Source: an uncultured Chloroflexia bacterium
GTDB taxonomy: Bacteria > Chloroflexota > Limnocylindria > Limnocylindrales > CSP1-4
Direction: 5' to 3'
Assembly (NCBI GenBank): GCA_963712745.1
Contig: CAVQJC010000001.1
Span: 256,001-320,000 of the forward strand
Length of the DNA stretch: 64,000 nucleotides
In this document: in pieces, positions 19,400-28,683 of the stretch
Position numbering within the stretch: the first letter of the stretch is position 1
Layout of the letters: each line of letters begins with the position of its first letter
Position numbers and translations under genes: made by a program
The notes under the pieces: generated by a model
Seen by the model: only the letters and a program-made list of their open reading frames with translations
Told to the model about the DNA's origin: nothing
Database searches by the model: none

Positions 19400-19717
19400 T
19401 CAGGCGAAGAGGTCGGCTTCGGCGTCCAGCTCTTCAAGGCGGTCGATGAGGCGTTCGATGCCGTCGTCATCGGCCAGCAGGTTGCGGGCGCCGGGATCAT
19501 CGCCACCGAAGATGCCCCTGATAACCGGGTCGAAGAAGAGCATGCCCAATCCATCGAGCGAGCCGGCACCGCGATTGGCCTCCAGGAACAGCACGGCCGG
19601 GACGGTCGCACCGCGCATCTGGATCTGCCGCGCCACCGACTCGACGTCATCTCCTTCGAAGATGCCGAAATCGGCTGACTCGCTGAGCGGCTCGGTCACT
19701 GCCGGCGGTCGTAGCAA
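19400..19717 (-). CDS. small acidic helical hypothetical protein
   Basis: VARQIQMRGATVPAVLFLEAN...FFDPVIRGIF...IERLIDRLEEL; AGGAGG upstream of TTG 19717 (alternative GTG 19699). Confidence 0.65.
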   Translation of the reverse strand: MLRPPAVTEPLSESADFGIFEGDDVESVARQIQMRGATVPAVLFLEANRGAGSLDGLGMLFFDPVIRGIFGGDDPGARNLLADDDGIERLIDRLEELDAEADLFA

Positions 19718-19809
19718 AACCGTTTCGTCCTCCTAGAGACATGCAGAACCGGCACGGCTGCGGGGTCGGGTCCCTCTCTACCCAGTCCTCGCGACCGGTT
19801 TCGTCACGT

Positions 19810-20979
19810 CTACTTCGGTGCCGGCGTGCGTTCTTCGCGATCAGCAGTACCAGCCAACGGATGGTACACCCGGGCCAGCCTTTGAGCCATCGTTGTCAGC
19901 ACTTCCCACGCGATCGTGTTGCGCCGACGCGCCAGTTCCCCGGCCGAGATCGCCTGTCCGCCCTGGCTGCCCAGAAGGACGAACTCCTCGTCGTATCCGA
20001 GCCCGGGCAGATCGGTCACATCGGCCGTGACCGAGTCCATCGAGACACGGCCCACGAGCGGCACGCGGCGGCCGCGCACGAGGGCCTCCGCGCCCGGCTG
20101 CGCGCTGCGCAGGTAGCCATCGCCGTAGCCGACGGGCAGGACGGCGATGCGCGACGGTCGCTGGGCTCGCCAGGTGCCGCCGTAGCCGACGGAGCCGCCC
20201 ACGGGCACGTGGCTGAAGGCGACAGCGTGGGCCTTGACCGACATCGCCGGCCGCAGCCGAGCCGCGGCATCCAGCGCATCACGGGCGATGGGTAGGCCCT
20301 CATCGAGGACGCCGTGGATAGCGATGCCGGGCCGAACCAGGTCGAGCGCGGGCTCGTCGCCCGCGAAGATGCCGCCGGAGGCTGCGATGTGGCGCGGCGG
20401 AACGGGGATCCGCGCTTCGCGCAGGGCGGTCGTGGCGACCTCGAAACGGAGCAGTTGGGCATCCGACGTCGGCGGGTCCTCGGGGCTGTGCAGGTGGGAC
20501 CACAGGCCGGCCAGCTCGATACCCGGATGGGCCTGGACCTGGGCCGCGACCGCGGCGACCTCCTCGGTGGGCAGGCCACCGCGACCCATGCCGGTCTCGA
20601 CCGCGATGTGCACTCGGACGGGCGGGCCGTGGGGCCGAACCGCGTCACCGATGGCACGCAGGTCGGACGCGGACATGACCGGCAGCTCGAGGCCGTGTGC
20701 GAGGGCCTCGGGCACCGCCGAGTGGGGCACCGGGTAGAGCAGCAGGATGCGCGTGTCGACCTCCGGCCGGAGCGCGATGGCCTCGTCGAGGGTGGCCACG
20801 CAGAGCGCGTCGGCGAGCGGCGAGATGGCCCGGCCGACGGCCAGCATGCCGTGGCCGTAGCCATCGGCCTTGACCACCGGCGCCACCGCGGCCGAGCCCA
20901 CCACCGAGCGGATGACACCGATGTTGTGACCGATGGCCTCGAGGTCGATCTCGACCCAGGCACCGCGGCGGTCGATCAT
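19810..20979 (-). CDS. alr: alanine racemase
   Basis: VVKADGYGHG (PLP Lys), ETGMGRGG, VGYGG, GYGDG, GRVSMD. Confidence 0.95.
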   Translation of the reverse strand: MIDRRGAWVEIDLEAIGHNIGVIRSVVGSAAVAPVVKADGYGHGMLAVGRAISPLADALCVATLDEAIALRPEVDTRILLLYPVPHSAVPEALAHGLELPVMSASDLRAIGDAVRPHGPPVRVHIAVETGMGRGGLPTEEVAAVAAQVQAHPGIELAGLWSHLHSPEDPPTSDAQLLRFEVATTALREARIPVPPRHIAASGGIFAGDEPALDLVRPGIAIHGVLDEGLPIARDALDAAARLRPAMSVKAHAVAFSHVPVGGSVGYGGTWRAQRPSRIAVLPVGYGDGYLRSAQPGAEALVRGRRVPLVGRVSMDSVTADVTDLPGLGYDEEFVLLGSQGGQAISAGELARRRNTIAWEVLTTMAQRLARVYHPLAGTADREERTPAPK

Positions 20980-21917
20980 GACCCGCCCGCGGCCGGAGCC
21001 TCGAAGCCGAGGCGGCCGCGGGTCTCTCGCTCACGCACGGCCGCCAGGTGGCGCCGCACGCGAGGGATGGCCGGCAACAGGTCGGTGGCCATCAGGCCCG
21101 CGTCGCCGAGGCGGCTGCTGACGTCCTCGCCGGCACGGGCGTGGAGGAAGACGCCGAGGGCTGCCGCGTCGAAGGGGCCCAGGCCCTGGCCCAGCAGCGA
21201 GGCGATGACGCCGGCGAGCACGTCGCCGGTGCCGCCCGAGCCGAGAGCAGGTACTTCGAACGGCGCCGTGAGCGACCGGCCGTCGGGCTCGGCGATGACG
21301 GTATGGGCGCCCTTGAGCACCACCACCACTCCCCACTCGCGAGCCGCGCCCAGGGCAGCCTCGCGCCGGCTGGCGCCGTCCCCGGCACCGCCGTCGCGGC
21401 CCAGCCGCGCGAACTCGCCCGGGTGTGGCGTCAAGACCAGTGCCCGGCGCACCCGGGTCCACCAGCGCGGCAGGCCGGAGAGAGCATCCAGGGCACCCGC
21501 GTCGACGACGGCGGGCGCACCCTCGGCGGCGAGCAGGGCGCGGACCAGCCGGCTCGTGGCCCGCCCGGGCATCAGTCCAGGGCCGACCAGCAGTGCGTCA
21601 CAGGGCATGGCGCCGAGATCGGCAGCGGCCTCGTCGGCCGCGACCTGGTAGGGGGTCACCTCGGGCAGGCCGCGGGTGATCAGCTCTGGCACACGCCCGG
21701 CGATGGCCGGCTGCAGCGAGGCCGGTACGCACACGGTCACCAGGCCGCTGCCGGCGCGGAGCGCCGCGGCACCGGACATGAGCGCGGCACCGGCATAGTC
21801 GAGCGATCCGGCCACAGCCAGGACCCGTCCGAACGTGCCCTTGTGGCCAAGCGGATCGCGCTCGGGCAGCAGTCGGGCAGCAGTCGCCTCGTCGAGCAGC
21901 ACCTCACCCGCGACCAT
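20976..21917 (-). CDS. nnrD: ADP-dependent NAD(P)H-hydrate dehydratase (stand-alone, no epimerase domain)
   Basis: HKGTFG, GAAALRAGSGLV, GPGL, LTPHPGEF, LKGA, GGTGDVLAG. Confidence 0.9.
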   Translation of the reverse strand: MVAGEVLLDEATAARLLPERDPLGHKGTFGRVLAVAGSLDYAGAALMSGAAALRAGSGLVTVCVPASLQPAIAGRVPELITRGLPEVTPYQVAADEAAADLGAMPCDALLVGPGLMPGRATSRLVRALLAAEGAPAVVDAGALDALSGLPRWWTRVRRALVLTPHPGEFARLGRDGGAGDGASRREAALGAAREWGVVVVLKGAHTVIAEPDGRSLTAPFEVPALGSGGTGDVLAGVIASLLGQGLGPFDAAALGVFLHARAGEDVSSRLGDAGLMATDLLPAIPRVRRHLAAVRERETRGRLGFEAPAAGGS

Positions 21918-22493
21918 CAACCCGCCCCGGTTTTCCCGTTGCGCACGGCCTCCGTCTCCGGGTCGTGCCCGGGCTCAGCCTCGGCGGCACGCACCTCCGC
22001 GTCGAGGTCGCGCAGCCGGCGCATGCGCGCCATCAGCTGCCGCTCACGGTCGTCCATGCGCGCTTCCATGTCGATGGGGAGGACGAACTCGCCGCCCTCG
22101 GTGCGCACGCCGAAGGCCACGGCCACGGCGTATTCGCGCTCATGGCTGATGGACACCGCGATCCGCTCCATGCCCAGCTGGTTGGCCCGGCGGAGGGCGC
22201 GATCATGGAGCCGGCACATGGGCGCGCCGGTGGGCAGCCGGATCGATCTCGATCTCGCGCCAGCCGACCCCGCGCACGCCCAGCCCGAGCACCTTCGAGA
22301 CCGCCTCCTTGGCCGCCCAGCGGCCAGCGAAGTTCTCGGGACGATCGCGTACGTAGGCGTCCTCGTGGTCGGTCAGGACGCGCCCGGCGAAGCGCCGGCC
22401 ATGCTTCTCGATGGCACGGCGGATGCGGTCGACCTTGATGATGTCGATCCCTACCTCGGTCGTGCCCGGCGGCGGCGTCGGCAGGGCGGTCAC
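21917..22493 (-). pseudogene. acpS: holo-ACP synthase split by a +1 frameshift near 22244 (probable sequencing error)
   Basis: VGIDII..RI, FAGRWAAKEAVSKVLG, WREIE in one frame and RLPTGAP..VSISHEREYAVA in another; removing one base from gatcgatc restores the frame. Confidence 0.85.
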
Positions 22494-24319
22494 TCGACCG
22501 TCACCGACTTGGCCAGGTTGCGCGGCTGGTCGACGTCGGTGCCGCGCTCCACCGCGGTGTGATAGGCGAAGAGCTGCAGCGGGATGACCGCCAGCACCGG
22601 GCTCAGCATCTCGACGGTGGGGGGCACCCACATGATGTCGTCAGCCACGGCCTTCATGCGGTCATCACCCTCGGTCACGACGGCGATGACGTGGGCATCC
22701 CGGGCGCGACCCTCCATCAGGTTGCTGACGAGCTTGTCGTGCACCGCGGTGCGAGTGGCCACCGCCACCAGCGGCACCTCCGCGTCGAGCAGCGAGATGG
22801 GCCCGTGCTTCAGCTCCCCCGCCGCGTAGCCCTCGGCGTGCACGTAGCTGACCTCCTTGAGCTTGAGTGCACCTTCGAGGGCGGCCGGGTAGGTGATGCC
22901 GCGGCCGACGTACATGTAGCCACGAGAACCCACGTAGCGGCGGGCCAGCTCGGCCGCCGAGGCCTCGTTGAGTTCGAGGGTGCGCTCGGCATTGGCCGGC
23001 AGGGCTCGTAGCCCCTCCACCAGGGCCTTCTCATAGAGGGGATCGAGGCGGCCGCGTATCTTGGCCATCTGGGCCGCCACGAGCAGCAGCGTCAGCACCT
23101 GCGTCACGTAGGTCTTGGTGGCCACGACGGCGATCTCCGGCCCGGCCTGCAGGAAGAGCACCGCGTCGGCCTCGCGCGTGATGGCCGAGCCGACCGTGTT
23201 GGTCACCGCTACCACCGGGCAGCCCCGCTCCCGGGCGAGGCGGGTAGGGGCCAGCGTGTCGGCCGTCTCGCCCGACTGCGTGACCGCGATGACCAGCGTC
23301 TTCTGGTCCAGCGGAGGCGGATCGTAGCGGAACTCGGAACCCACGTTCCAGCGGGCTGGCAGCCCGGTCCATGCCTGCAGCGCAGTGGCCGCCACGGCCG
23401 CGGCATAGGCCGCGCTGCCGCAGGCGACGAGCTCGACGCGCTCGATGTAGGGCAGGATCGCCCGCAGCGGCTCGAGCTCCGGCACCCGCACCTCGTCCTG
23501 GTGGATGCGCCCGGCGATGGCGGCCCGGATGGCCTCCGGCTGCTCGTGCATCTCCTTGAGCATGTAGTGCTCGTAGCCACCCTTCTCGGCAGCCTCGATG
23601 TCCCAATCGATCTGGTGCACGGGCCGTACCTGGGGGCGGCCGACGATGTCGGTGATGGACACCCGGCCGGGACGGATGTCGGCCACGTCGCCCTCCTCCA
23701 GGAAGATGACGTCGCGCGTGTAGGCCAGCACCGCAGCCACATCGGAGGCCAGGAAGGCCTCTTCCTCGCCCAGACCGACGATGAGCGGCACGTTCATCTT
23801 GGCCCCCAGCACGCGGTCGGGCTCACCCTTGTGGATGACCGCCAGGGCGTAGGCGCCGTGGGCCCGCTGGAGGGCCTCGCGGACGGCAGCCGCGAGGTCA
23901 CCGTGGTAGGCCTCTTCGACGAGGTGGGCGATGGCCTCGGTGTCGGTCTCGCTGTCGAAGACGTGACCTGCCGCCTCCAGCTCCGCCCGCAGCTCGATGA
24001 AGTTCTCGATGATGCCGTTGTGGATGACCGTCAGCTCGCCGGTGCAGTCGACGTGGGGATGGGCGTTGAGATCATTGGGCCGTCCGTGAGTGGCCCAGCG
24101 TGTGTGACCCAGTCCCGCCGTCGAGGCCGGGGTACCTTCGGCCAGGGCCTTCTGCAATCCGGCGATCTTGCCGGCTCGCTTGCGCACGAAGAGGTCGCCC
24201 GCCTCGGTGACAAGGGCGATGCCGGCCGAGTCGTAGCCGCGATACTCGAGCCGGGCCAGGCCCTCGATCAGCACTGGTGCCGCCTGACGATGGCCGACGT
24301 AGCCGACGATCCCGCACAT
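22490..24319 (-). CDS. glmS: glutamine--fructose-6-phosphate aminotransferase
   Basis: MCGIVG, LEYRGYDSAG, HTRWATHG, QSGETAD, PRNLAKSVTVE. Confidence 0.97.
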   Translation of the reverse strand: MCGIVGYVGHRQAAPVLIEGLARLEYRGYDSAGIALVTEAGDLFVRKRAGKIAGLQKALAEGTPASTAGLGHTRWATHGRPNDLNAHPHVDCTGELTVIHNGIIENFIELRAELEAAGHVFDSETDTEAIAHLVEEAYHGDLAAAVREALQRAHGAYALAVIHKGEPDRVLGAKMNVPLIVGLGEEEAFLASDVAAVLAYTRDVIFLEEGDVADIRPGRVSITDIVGRPQVRPVHQIDWDIEAAEKGGYEHYMLKEMHEQPEAIRAAIAGRIHQDEVRVPELEPLRAILPYIERVELVACGSAAYAAAVAATALQAWTGLPARWNVGSEFRYDPPPLDQKTLVIAVTQSGETADTLAPTRLARERGCPVVAVTNTVGSAITREADAVLFLQAGPEIAVVATKTYVTQVLTLLLVAAQMAKIRGRLDPLYEKALVEGLRALPANAERTLELNEASAAELARRYVGSRGYMYVGRGITYPAALEGALKLKEVSYVHAEGYAAGELKHGPISLLDAEVPLVAVATRTAVHDKLVSNLMEGRARDAHVIAVVTEGDDRMKAVADDIMWVPPTVEMLSPVLAVIPLQLFAYHTAVERGTDVDQPRNLAKSVTVE

Positions 24320-24322
24320 GGC

Positions 24323-25660
24323 CTAGTGCTCCTGGTTGAGGCGCTCTGCCGCGAGCGCAGCGAGCTCGTCGGCCAGGCGCAGCACGAGTGTCGCGTCACG
24401 ACCCTCGACCATCACGCGCAGGGCCGGTTCGGTACCCGAGGGCCGGACCACGATACGTCCGTGCGCGGCCAGCTCGGCCTCGGCCGCGGCCACGGCCTCG
24501 GTCAGCACCCGGTCGGCCCGCCACTCCTTGGTGCGCACCCGGATGGTCCGCTGCTCCTGGGGATCGAGCGGGATGGCCGCGGCCAGCTCCGAGAGGGGGC
24601 GGCCGCTGCGGGCGAGGATGTCGAGGATCTCGAGGGCGGTGACGATGCCGTCGCCGGTGTCGGTGTGCTCGCGGATGATGACGTGGCCGCTCTTCTCCCC
24701 GCCGAGACCGGCGTCGGAGACAAGCATCGAGTCGACGATGTAGCGGTCGCCCACCTTGGTGCGCAGCACGCGCCCGCCGGCCCCTTCGACCGCGCGGGCG
24801 AGGCCGCCGTTGCTGAGGATGGTGACCACGAGGGTGTCCTCTGCCAGCGCCCCCCGGGCCAGCCGGTCGAGCGCGATGATGCCCAGGAGCTGGTCCCCGT
24901 CGACGACCTGGCCGCGCTCATCGACGGCCACGCAGCGATCGGCGTCGCCATCGAGGCTGAAGCCGACGTCGCCACCCTGACTGGCCACGATGCCGGCCAG
25001 CGTCCCCGGTACGGTCGCGCCGCAATCGAGATTGATGTTGAGCCCGTCGGGCTGGTCGTAGTGTGCGCTCACGGAGGCACCCGAGGCGGCCAGGATGGGC
25101 GGTGCCACGGCCGAGGCCGAGCCGTTGGCACAGTCGACGTGCAGGCGCAGGTCGGAGCCGATGCGCCCGGCCATGCCCAGCCGGTGCTCGAGGTAGTGGT
25201 CCAGGTCCTGGCGGGCGTCGACGATGCGTCCGAGGGCGGCGTTGCGCGGGCTGCCCAGCTCCTCGGAACGGATGATGAGCGTCTCGAGCTCGTCCTCCAT
25301 CTCGTCATCGAGCTTGAGGCCCTTGCCGCTGAGGACCTTGAGACCGTTGTCCTCGGCGGGATTGTGCGAGGCACTCACCATCACGCCCGCCGCGTACCCG
25401 CTCACCGCCGTGACGTGCGCCAGCGCCGGCGTGGGGCAGATCCCGAGGGCGTGGACATCGGCGCCGGCGGAGGTGCCGCCGGACATGAGCGCAGCGGTGA
25501 ACATGTCGCCCGAACGGCGGGTGTCCTGGCCCACCAGGATGCGGCCGCCGGGACCTGCCAGCCTGGTGGCGATGGCCCGTCCAAGCGCGTGGGCCAGTGA
25601 TGGTTTGAGATCTACGTTGGCGACACCGCGGATGCCGTCAGTGCCGAAGAGATTGCTCAC
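24323..25660 (-). CDS. glmM: phosphoglucosamine mutase
   Basis: FGTDGIRG, SASHNP, DGDADR, GGEKSGH, RPSGTEP. Confidence 0.96.
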   Translation of the reverse strand: MSNLFGTDGIRGVANVDLKPSLAHALGRAIATRLAGPGGRILVGQDTRRSGDMFTAALMSGGTSAGADVHALGICPTPALAHVTAVSGYAAGVMVSASHNPAEDNGLKVLSGKGLKLDDEMEDELETLIIRSEELGSPRNAALGRIVDARQDLDHYLEHRLGMAGRIGSDLRLHVDCANGSASAVAPPILAASGASVSAHYDQPDGLNINLDCGATVPGTLAGIVASQGGDVGFSLDGDADRCVAVDERGQVVDGDQLLGIIALDRLARGALAEDTLVVTILSNGGLARAVEGAGGRVLRTKVGDRYIVDSMLVSDAGLGGEKSGHVIIREHTDTGDGIVTALEILDILARSGRPLSELAAAIPLDPQEQRTIRVRTKEWRADRVLTEAVAAAEAELAAHGRIVVRPSGTEPALRVMVEGRDATLVLRLADELAALAAERLNQEH

Positions 25661-26871
25661 GAAGGCTGCGCGACCGTGACACGCACGGTGGCGGGCGACA
25701 CTTGCACGACGCTCGTGCCGCGGGGGGTTCGGACGATGGGCATGACCTCATTGTCGCCCACCTCGAGGCCGGCCGCCGGAACCTCCACGCTGATCTCCTC
25801 CACCGAGAGCTCGTCGAGTTCGGCCACCGGTCCCGAGACCACCACACTGACCGAGGGTTGTGCCAGGCGATAGGCGAAGCTGGGGTCGGGCCCGCTGAGG
25901 GCGGGGCCGACCTCGAAGGTCCGCGAGCCGAACGAATCGGTGAAGGTGACCAGCACGGTGACCTCCTCCGCCCCGGCGCTGGTGATCTCCTCGGGCAAGA
26001 CGAGTGCGGACTCCACCACCAGCTCCACCGATTGGCCTCCGATATCGACCGGCTCGGTGGTGATGAACCCAAGCTGCCGGATGGTCGGATTCTCACCGCT
26101 GACGGTGACCGTAGCGGGCAGGACCGAGACGTTGTCGACGCGCTTGCCGTGGAGCGGTTCACCGACCAGTTCGGGGATGATGGGGAGGGTGGCATAGGCC
26201 AGCTGGCGCGCCACGTCGGCCCCTACGCGCACGGTCGCCGGCTGGACCTCGACGCCGGGCACGATGGCGCCGACCTCGTCGAAGGCCTCGACGGTCACGT
26301 CCTCATCGATGTTGATGCCCGAAGCGTCGACGATGAAGCGGCCCTCGACGCTGCGCACGTTCTGCAGTCGCGACGATGCTCCGCTGATGACGACCTGGTT
26401 GGGCTCGACGCTGATGGGCCCGAGCTCGATGCCCTCGGGTAGCGGACCGTGGTCGACCACGACCGGCATGGTCCGCGAGACGACCTCGTCGACGCGCACG
26501 GTCACGCCCGGGGGGTCGTAGCCCACCACGCGCACGCGCGGATCCACGGGGAAGACGTCGACCGGCACCTCCACGGTCGTGGCACCCGGTCGCGGCTCGA
26601 CCGCGGAAAGATCGATGCTGGCACGGAAGCTGTCGTTGGTGAGCGCCTCAGCGATCTCGCCCGAGGCGCGGAAGTCGATACGGGCCACCGCGCCGGGGTC
26701 GTCGAGGAGCGAGCCGCCAACGGGCGCATTGAGCACCTCGATGGGCACTGGACCGGTCCACGAGCGGGTCGACTCGGAGAGGGCCACGCCGGCGTAGAGC
26801 ACCACGGCCAGGCCCAGCGCGGTCAGCTTCAGGGGCCAGTTGCTGAAGACCAGGCGGCCGATGGTATTCAC
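25657..26871 (-). CDS. cdaR: YbbR-repeat CdaA regulator
   Basis: NWPLKLTALGLAVVLY transmembrane anchor followed by repeated beta domains (V.P..V.V.G); lies between cdaA and glmM. Confidence 0.85.
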   Translation of the reverse strand: MNTIGRLVFSNWPLKLTALGLAVVLYAGVALSESTRSWTGPVPIEVLNAPVGGSLLDDPGAVARIDFRASGEIAEALTNDSFRASIDLSAVEPRPGATTVEVPVDVFPVDPRVRVVGYDPPGVTVRVDEVVSRTMPVVVDHGPLPEGIELGPISVEPNQVVISGASSRLQNVRSVEGRFIVDASGINIDEDVTVEAFDEVGAIVPGVEVQPATVRVGADVARQLAYATLPIIPELVGEPLHGKRVDNVSVLPATVTVSGENPTIRQLGFITTEPVDIGGQSVELVVESALVLPEEITSAGAEEVTVLVTFTDSFGSRTFEVGPALSGPDPSFAYRLAQPSVSVVVSGPVAELDELSVEEISVEVPAAGLEVGDNEVMPIVRTPRGTSVVQVSPATVRVTVAQPS

Positions 26872-27755
26872 CGCTCGTCCCCACCTTCGGCCGAGGGCGC
26901 AGGCTCGGGAGTGTCGCCCCCGCTGGGCGCGGCACCGTTGTGACGCCAGCTGACACGCCGGGCGCGGCTGCTCACGTCGGTTGGTGCGAGCAGGCCGTAG
27001 AGCCGCTGCCGCAGCTCGTCCTCGTCGAGCTCGCGCACGATGCGCCCGGTCTGGGCCAGGCTGATGGCGCCGCTCTCCTCGCTGACCACGATGGCCAGCG
27101 CGTCGGTCTGCTCGGTCACACCCAGCGCGGCTCGGTGCCGGGTCCCGTAGTGTTCGAGCGAGGTCTCGCGTTCGGCCAAGGGCAGCATCACGCCGGCTGC
27201 CACGATCTCATCGCCGCTGACGATGACGGCGCCGTCGTGCAGTGGATAGCCGGGCGCGAAGAGCGAGGCCAGCAGCTCCGCGGAGAGGTCTGCGTTCATG
27301 ATCACACCGGCCTCGGCCATATCGCCCAGGCCGGTGTCGCGCTCGACCACGATGAGCGCACCCGTGCGGCGGCGCTGCAACTTGGCCGCGGCGGCGGCGA
27401 TGATGGCCGCACGGCGCTGGTAACCGCTCGCGTCGGAGGCTCCGAGCCAGGCCCAGGAGCCGACCCGTCCGAGCCGGTCAAGCCCACGCCGGAGCTCCGG
27501 CTGGAAGACGACCACGAGTGCCACCAGACCGACCACGGCACCGGTCTGGAGGATGCCCGAGAGCAGGCGCAGGTCGAGTCCGAGGGCGATGACGTAGACG
27601 GCGTAGACGATGGCCGCGCCGATGGCCAGGCGCACCGCGCGCGTGCCCTGGATGAGGCGCAACACGAGATAGATGAGGACCGCGGTCAGGAAGATGTCGA
27701 GCAGAGCGCTCGGTTCGATCCGCAGGTCAGCAGCCAGGTCCCGCAACTGATCCAT
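26868..27755 (-). CDS. cdaA: diadenylate cyclase
   Basis: Three TM helices, FQPELRRGL, LHDGA, GTRHRAA, VSEESG. Confidence 0.93.
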   Translation of the reverse strand: MDQLRDLAADLRIEPSALLDIFLTAVLIYLVLRLIQGTRAVRLAIGAAIVYAVYVIALGLDLRLLSGILQTGAVVGLVALVVVFQPELRRGLDRLGRVGSWAWLGASDASGYQRRAAIIAAAAAKLQRRRTGALIVVERDTGLGDMAEAGVIMNADLSAELLASLFAPGYPLHDGAVIVSGDEIVAAGVMLPLAERETSLEHYGTRHRAALGVTEQTDALAIVVSEESGAISLAQTGRIVRELDEDELRQRLYGLLAPTDVSSRARRVSWRHNGAAPSGGDTPEPAPSAEGGDER

Positions 27756-27811
27756 CTGCGGCTGAGACTACCACCGCCGCGGGCCGGGGGACGGCGGCGC
27801 GGCAGCGGCGG

Positions 27812-28552
27812 TCAGGCGCCCATGGCAGCCAGGCGTTCGAGCTCCGGCGAGAGTGTGCGAAAGTCGCGAGCGAGCGCTGCCAAGGCGTTGCGCCGCAGGC
27901 GGTCGTCGTCGAGGTCGAGCCGGCGCTCGATGAGTAGTGCCCGTTGGACACCGAGCTCACGCCAGCCCAGCCGCAGGTAGAGCATGGCCATGACGAAGTG
28001 GAGGTCGATGTTGCCCGGGCGAGCCGCGAGTCCCCTGAGGCAGGCGTCGATCGCCGCGTCGAAGTCGTTGACCGCAGCGAAGCCGTTGGCGGCGGTGAGA
28101 CAGGCGGCGGCCGCGACGTCGAGGTCGCCGGCGGCGTGGGCGGCGGCGCCGTTGCTGATGTGTCGCTCCAGCTCGAGGGACCGGGCGTCGGTCACGCGCG
28201 AGCGGGAGTGGCCGGGACCGGCCATCGCCTCCAGCTCGGCGGCTCGGGAGCGCAGCGCTCCAGCTTCCAGGCCCTGGCCCCCCGCAGCCAGCGCGGCGGC
28301 CTTGCCCTTCATCGCCTCCACGTCTGAGGGCGACCGCTCGAGCGCCTGGTCGAAGACCTTGAGGGCGGCCTTCGGCTCCTGCATCCGCAGGTAGATGTTG
28401 CCGATGGCGACGAAGGGTAGCGGCCGGTCCGGGACCAGCTCGGCGGCCTCCTGATAGTGCCCGATGGCCTCTCGCGGGCGGCCCTTGACGACGGCGAGGT
28501 GGCCGCGCCGGAGGGCGTCCTTGTAGCGGATGGAGACAGGGTCGCTCATCAT
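27812..28552 (-). CDS. tetratricopeptide-repeat protein
   Basis: TPR-like helices (AIGHYQEAAELVP, IGNIYLRM..ALKVFDQAL, AIDACLRGLAARP); start trimmed to ATG 28552/28549. Confidence 0.75.
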   Translation of the reverse strand: MMSDPVSIRYKDALRRGHLAVVKGRPREAIGHYQEAAELVPDRPLPFVAIGNIYLRMQEPKAALKVFDQALERSPSDVEAMKGKAAALAAGGQGLEAGALRSRAAELEAMAGPGHSRSRVTDARSLELERHISNGAAAHAAGDLDVAAAACLTAANGFAAVNDFDAAIDACLRGLAARPGNIDLHFVMAMLYLRLGWRELGVQRALLIERRLDLDDDRLRRNALAALARDFRTLSPELERLAAMGA

Positions 28553-28683
28553 CCCTGAGCATCGAGTATGACGAAGCCCGGGACGATGCGTCGATGGTCC
28601 CGGGCTGCAGATAGGTGTGGTGTCCGTAGGTCCGGGGTGGTCCACACCCCGGACGGACGTGCTGCGCGCCGATGCGCGCGGCG

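Noticed and set aside
24320-24330. glmS ribozyme
   Set aside because: Only 3 nt between glmM and glmS
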